This document shows, one piece after another, positions 61,201 to 64,000 of a stretch of 64,000 nucleotides of DNA (its first letter is position 1; every line of letters starts with the position of its first letter). Location: positions 4,092,001-4,156,000 of the forward strand of contig CM035361.1 in the NCBI GenBank assembly GCA_020137815.1, read 5' to 3'. The notes under the pieces were generated by a model. That model ran no database searches. It was not told the origin of the DNA and saw only the letters and a program-made list of their open reading frames with translations. A program made the position numbers and the translations under genes. The stretch comes from Hormiphora californensis (taxonomy: Eukaryota > Animalia > Ctenophora).

Positions 61201-63917
61201 TGTTATCTCTCCTCTTCTTATATCTCTCCACTTCTGTTATTTCTCTTCTGTTATCTCTCCTCTTCTGTTATCACTCCTCTTCTGTTATCTTTCCTCCTGA
61301 TATCGCTCCTCTTCTGTTATCTCTCCTCTTCTGGTATCTCTCCTCTTCTGTTATCTCTCCTCTTCTGTTATCTCTCCTCTTCTGTTATCTCTCCTCTTCT
61401 GTTATCGCTCCTCTTCTGTTATCACTCCTCTTCTGATATCACTCCTCTTCTGTTATCACTCCTCTTCTGTTATCTCTCCTCTTCTGTTATCACTCCTCTT
61501 CTGTTATCTTTCCTCCTGATATCGCTCCTCTTCTGTTATCTCTCCTCTTCTGGTATCTCTCCTCTTCTGTTATCTCTCCTCTTCGGCTATCTCTCCTCTT
61601 CTGTTATCTCTCCTTTTCTATTATCTCTCCTCTTCTGTTATCGCTCCTCTTCTGATATCTCTCCTCATCATATCGCTCCTCTTCTGATATCGATCCTCTT
61701 CTGTTATCTCGCGTTTTCTATTATCTCTCCTCTTCTGTTATCTCTCCTCTTCTGTTATCTCTCCTCTTCTGTTATCTCTCCTCGTCTGTTATCTCTCATC
61801 TTCTGTTATCTCTCCTCTTCTGTTATCTCTCCTCTTCTGTTATCTCTCCTCTTCTGTTATCGCTCCTCTTCTGTTATCACTCCTCTTTTGATATCGATCC
61901 TCTTCTGTTATCTCGCGTTTTCTATTATCTCTCCTCTTCTGTTATCTCTCCTCTTCTGTTATCTCTCCTCTTTTGATATCGCTCCTCTTCTGTTATCTCG
62001 CGTTTTCTGTTATCTCTCCTCTTCTGTTATCTCTCCGTGTCTGATATCGCTCCTCTTCTGTTATCTCTCCTCTTCTGTTATCGCTCCTCTTCTGTTATCA
62101 CTCCTCTTCTGTTATCTCTCCTCTTCTGTTATCTCTCCTCGTCTGTTATCTCTCCTCTTCTGTTATCTCTCCTCGTCTGTTATCTCTCCTCTTCTGTTAT
62201 TTCTCTTCTGTTATCCCTCCTCGTCTGTTATCTCTCCTCTTCTGTTATCTCTCCTCTTCTGTTATTTATCTTCTGTTATCTCTCCTCTTCTGTTATCTCT
62301 CCTCTTCTGTTATCTCTCCTCTTCTGTTATCTCTCCTCTTGAACTGTTATCTCTCCTCGTCTGTTATCTCTCCTCTTCTGTTATCGCTCCTCTTTGGTTA
62401 TATCTCCTCTTCTATTATCTCTCCTCTTCTGTTATCTCTCCTCTTCTGTTATCTCTCCTCTTCTGTTATCTCTCCTCGTCTGTTATCTCTCCTCTTCTGT
62501 TATCTCTCCTCTTCTGTTATCGCTCCTCTTCTTTTATCATTCCTCTTTGGTTATCGCTCCTCTTCTATTATCACTCCTCTTTTGATTTCGCTCCTCTTCT
62601 GTTATCTCGCGTTTTCTGTTATCGCTCCTCTTCTGATATCACTCCTCCTGATATCGCTCCTCCTGATATCGCTCCTCCTGATATCGCTCCTCTTCTGTTA
62701 TCTCTCCTCTTCTATTATCTCTCCTCTTCTGTTATCTCTCCTCGTCTGTTATCTCTCCTCTTCTGTTATCTCTCCTCTTCTGTTATCTCTCCTCTTCTGT
62801 TATCTCTCCTCTTCTATTATCTCTCCTCTTCTGTTATCTCTCCTCGTCTGTTATCTCTCCTCTTCTGTTATCGCTCTTCTTCTGTTATCTTTCCTCTTCT
62901 GTTATCACTCCTCTTATGTTATCTCTCCTCTTCTGTTATCACTCCTCTTCTGTTATCTCTCCTCTTCTGTTATCACTCCTCCTGATATTGCTTGGCCACT
63001 AGTGGTTCAATTTTAGTCAATAGTAAACTTGTAAATCTACATTATAGTGTAATTTAATATAATATCAAGATTGGCTATTTTTCTCAAAACTATGTTTTTA
63101 GAGATATACCCTTTCTACTTGAAGGTGACAATATCAAGATTGGCAGTACAATTCTTCCCATGCAGGTACCTCGATGGAACCAAGATAGATGACGCAACAG
63201 ATGAATCCTTCATAACCTCACAGGGAGGTCTCTACACGTGTACTGCTACAAATGCTCTGGGAACTGTTACCCAAGACGTCTATGTTGAGACTACCACTCA
63301 GTTTACAGGTGAACATGCTTGGTGTAATTATAGGTGTTACCATGGTAACGGTTACTCATTAGGTGTTACTAGGTGTTATCATGGTAACGATAACTCACTA
63401 GGTGTGACAAGGTGTTACCATAGTTTTCACAACTCGCTAGATCTGTGACTTATAACTATAGGTGTATGATGGCCGTGACATGATTCTCTCTCTCTCTCCC
63501 TAATGTAAGTTGCAGTAATTGCAAAGCTAATATACCCACCCTCTGCAGGTGGAGAGGTATTACTACTAATCCTGATAGTTGTGTTTGTCCTGACCATCGC
63601 CATCACTCTTCTTCTCATCTACATTAGAAAGGTAACTATCGTTCGTCTCGTAATGTCTATTGTTACGGCGGAAAATGGAACTATAGGTGTACACATGGTA
63701 ATTATAACCCATTAGGTGATAATAGGTGTTACTAGGTAATCACTAGGTGTATCTATATGTGTTATTAGGTGTAACCATGGTAATCACTAGATGTAACCAC
63801 AATCAATTGTTTTCCAGGTCGAGCTGGAGAGAAGGATGAATGAACAGAGGATGAAAGATGAACTCTTGTTGGAGAATGAGAAACGAAGCCTAATAAGAAC
63901 TCCCAGCGCTACTCCAG
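58274..63917 (+). CDS. IgSF cell-surface receptor: signal peptide, 6 Ig domains (Ig2 Robo-like), TM, cytoplasmic tail continuing beyond the window
   Basis: Exons 58274-58343 (MLLVLLVSLLLVGPTLG), 58558-59893 (DFEVEPSDKTVAKG..LDCSPPSGNPEPYVIW..AGEYEC; one extra base near 59558), 60144-60253, 60863-60978, 63166-63308, 63549-63631 (VLLLILIVVFVLTIAITLLLIYIRK), 63818-63917; phases compatible. Confidence 0.9.
60376..60778. repeat. (GAGACA)n microsatellite
   Basis: About 67 perfect copies. Confidence 0.97.
60986..62990. repeat. About 2-kb degenerate 19-bp pyrimidine-rich minisatellite filling an intron of gene 2
   Basis: CTCCTCTTCTGTTATCTCT variants. Confidence 0.95.
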
Positions 63918-64000
63918 GTTTGTTGGGAGGTGTAACCATGGTAACCACGACTCACTAGAGGTTACTAGGTGTAACCAGGTTTAATAGAAGGTTTGAAACG

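Noticed and set aside
60345-63016. Long (SL)n, (SV)n, (RD)n and 600-aa Leu/Ser ORFs
   Set aside because: Translations of simple repeats inside introns of gene 2.
58274-63917. Calling gene 2 Robo
   Set aside because: Only Ig1-2 look Robo-like; it has 6 Ig and no FN3 before the TM, so no symbol is assigned.

Overview
AT-rich, intron-dense eukaryotic (animal) genomic DNA. It is most likely from a ctenophore; this is my recall-based inference from the style of the Ig-like repeats and a resident MITE family, not a search result. Most of the window (139-57499, + strand, 5' end upstream of the window) is one giant gene of roughly 100 short GT-AG exons. It encodes a type I membrane protein with about 20-26 divergent Ig-like modules, 3 PAN/apple domains, 1 SRCR domain, two copies of an unnamed beta-rich domain, about 3 sushi-like modules, FN3-like modules with an RRRR furin site, a TM helix and a short YEN-containing tail. 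A second IgSF receptor gene (signal peptide, 6 Ig, TM; Ig2 is Robo-like) starts 775 bp downstream and runs off the window. Introns hold a seemingly intact CR1/L2-group LINE, a truncated relative, 11 copies of a hAT-type MITE, nested Tc1/mariner-like elements, many foldbacks and minisatellites, and two exon-containing segmental duplications. The most notable observations are: (1) PAN, SRCR and unnamed domains inserted as phase-1/phase-1 cassettes inside Ig folds; (2) minisatellites repeatedly seeded on exon-intron junctions, giving up to about 72 tandem splice donors; (3) a MITE that lands 12-23 nt downstream of 5' splice sites at 7 of 8 independent sites; (4) a canonical A-AAA-AAC -1 frameshift site linking LINE ORF1 to an ATG-less ORF2 start. 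Exon boundaries were read by eye. Several single-base frameshifts are probably assembly errors.
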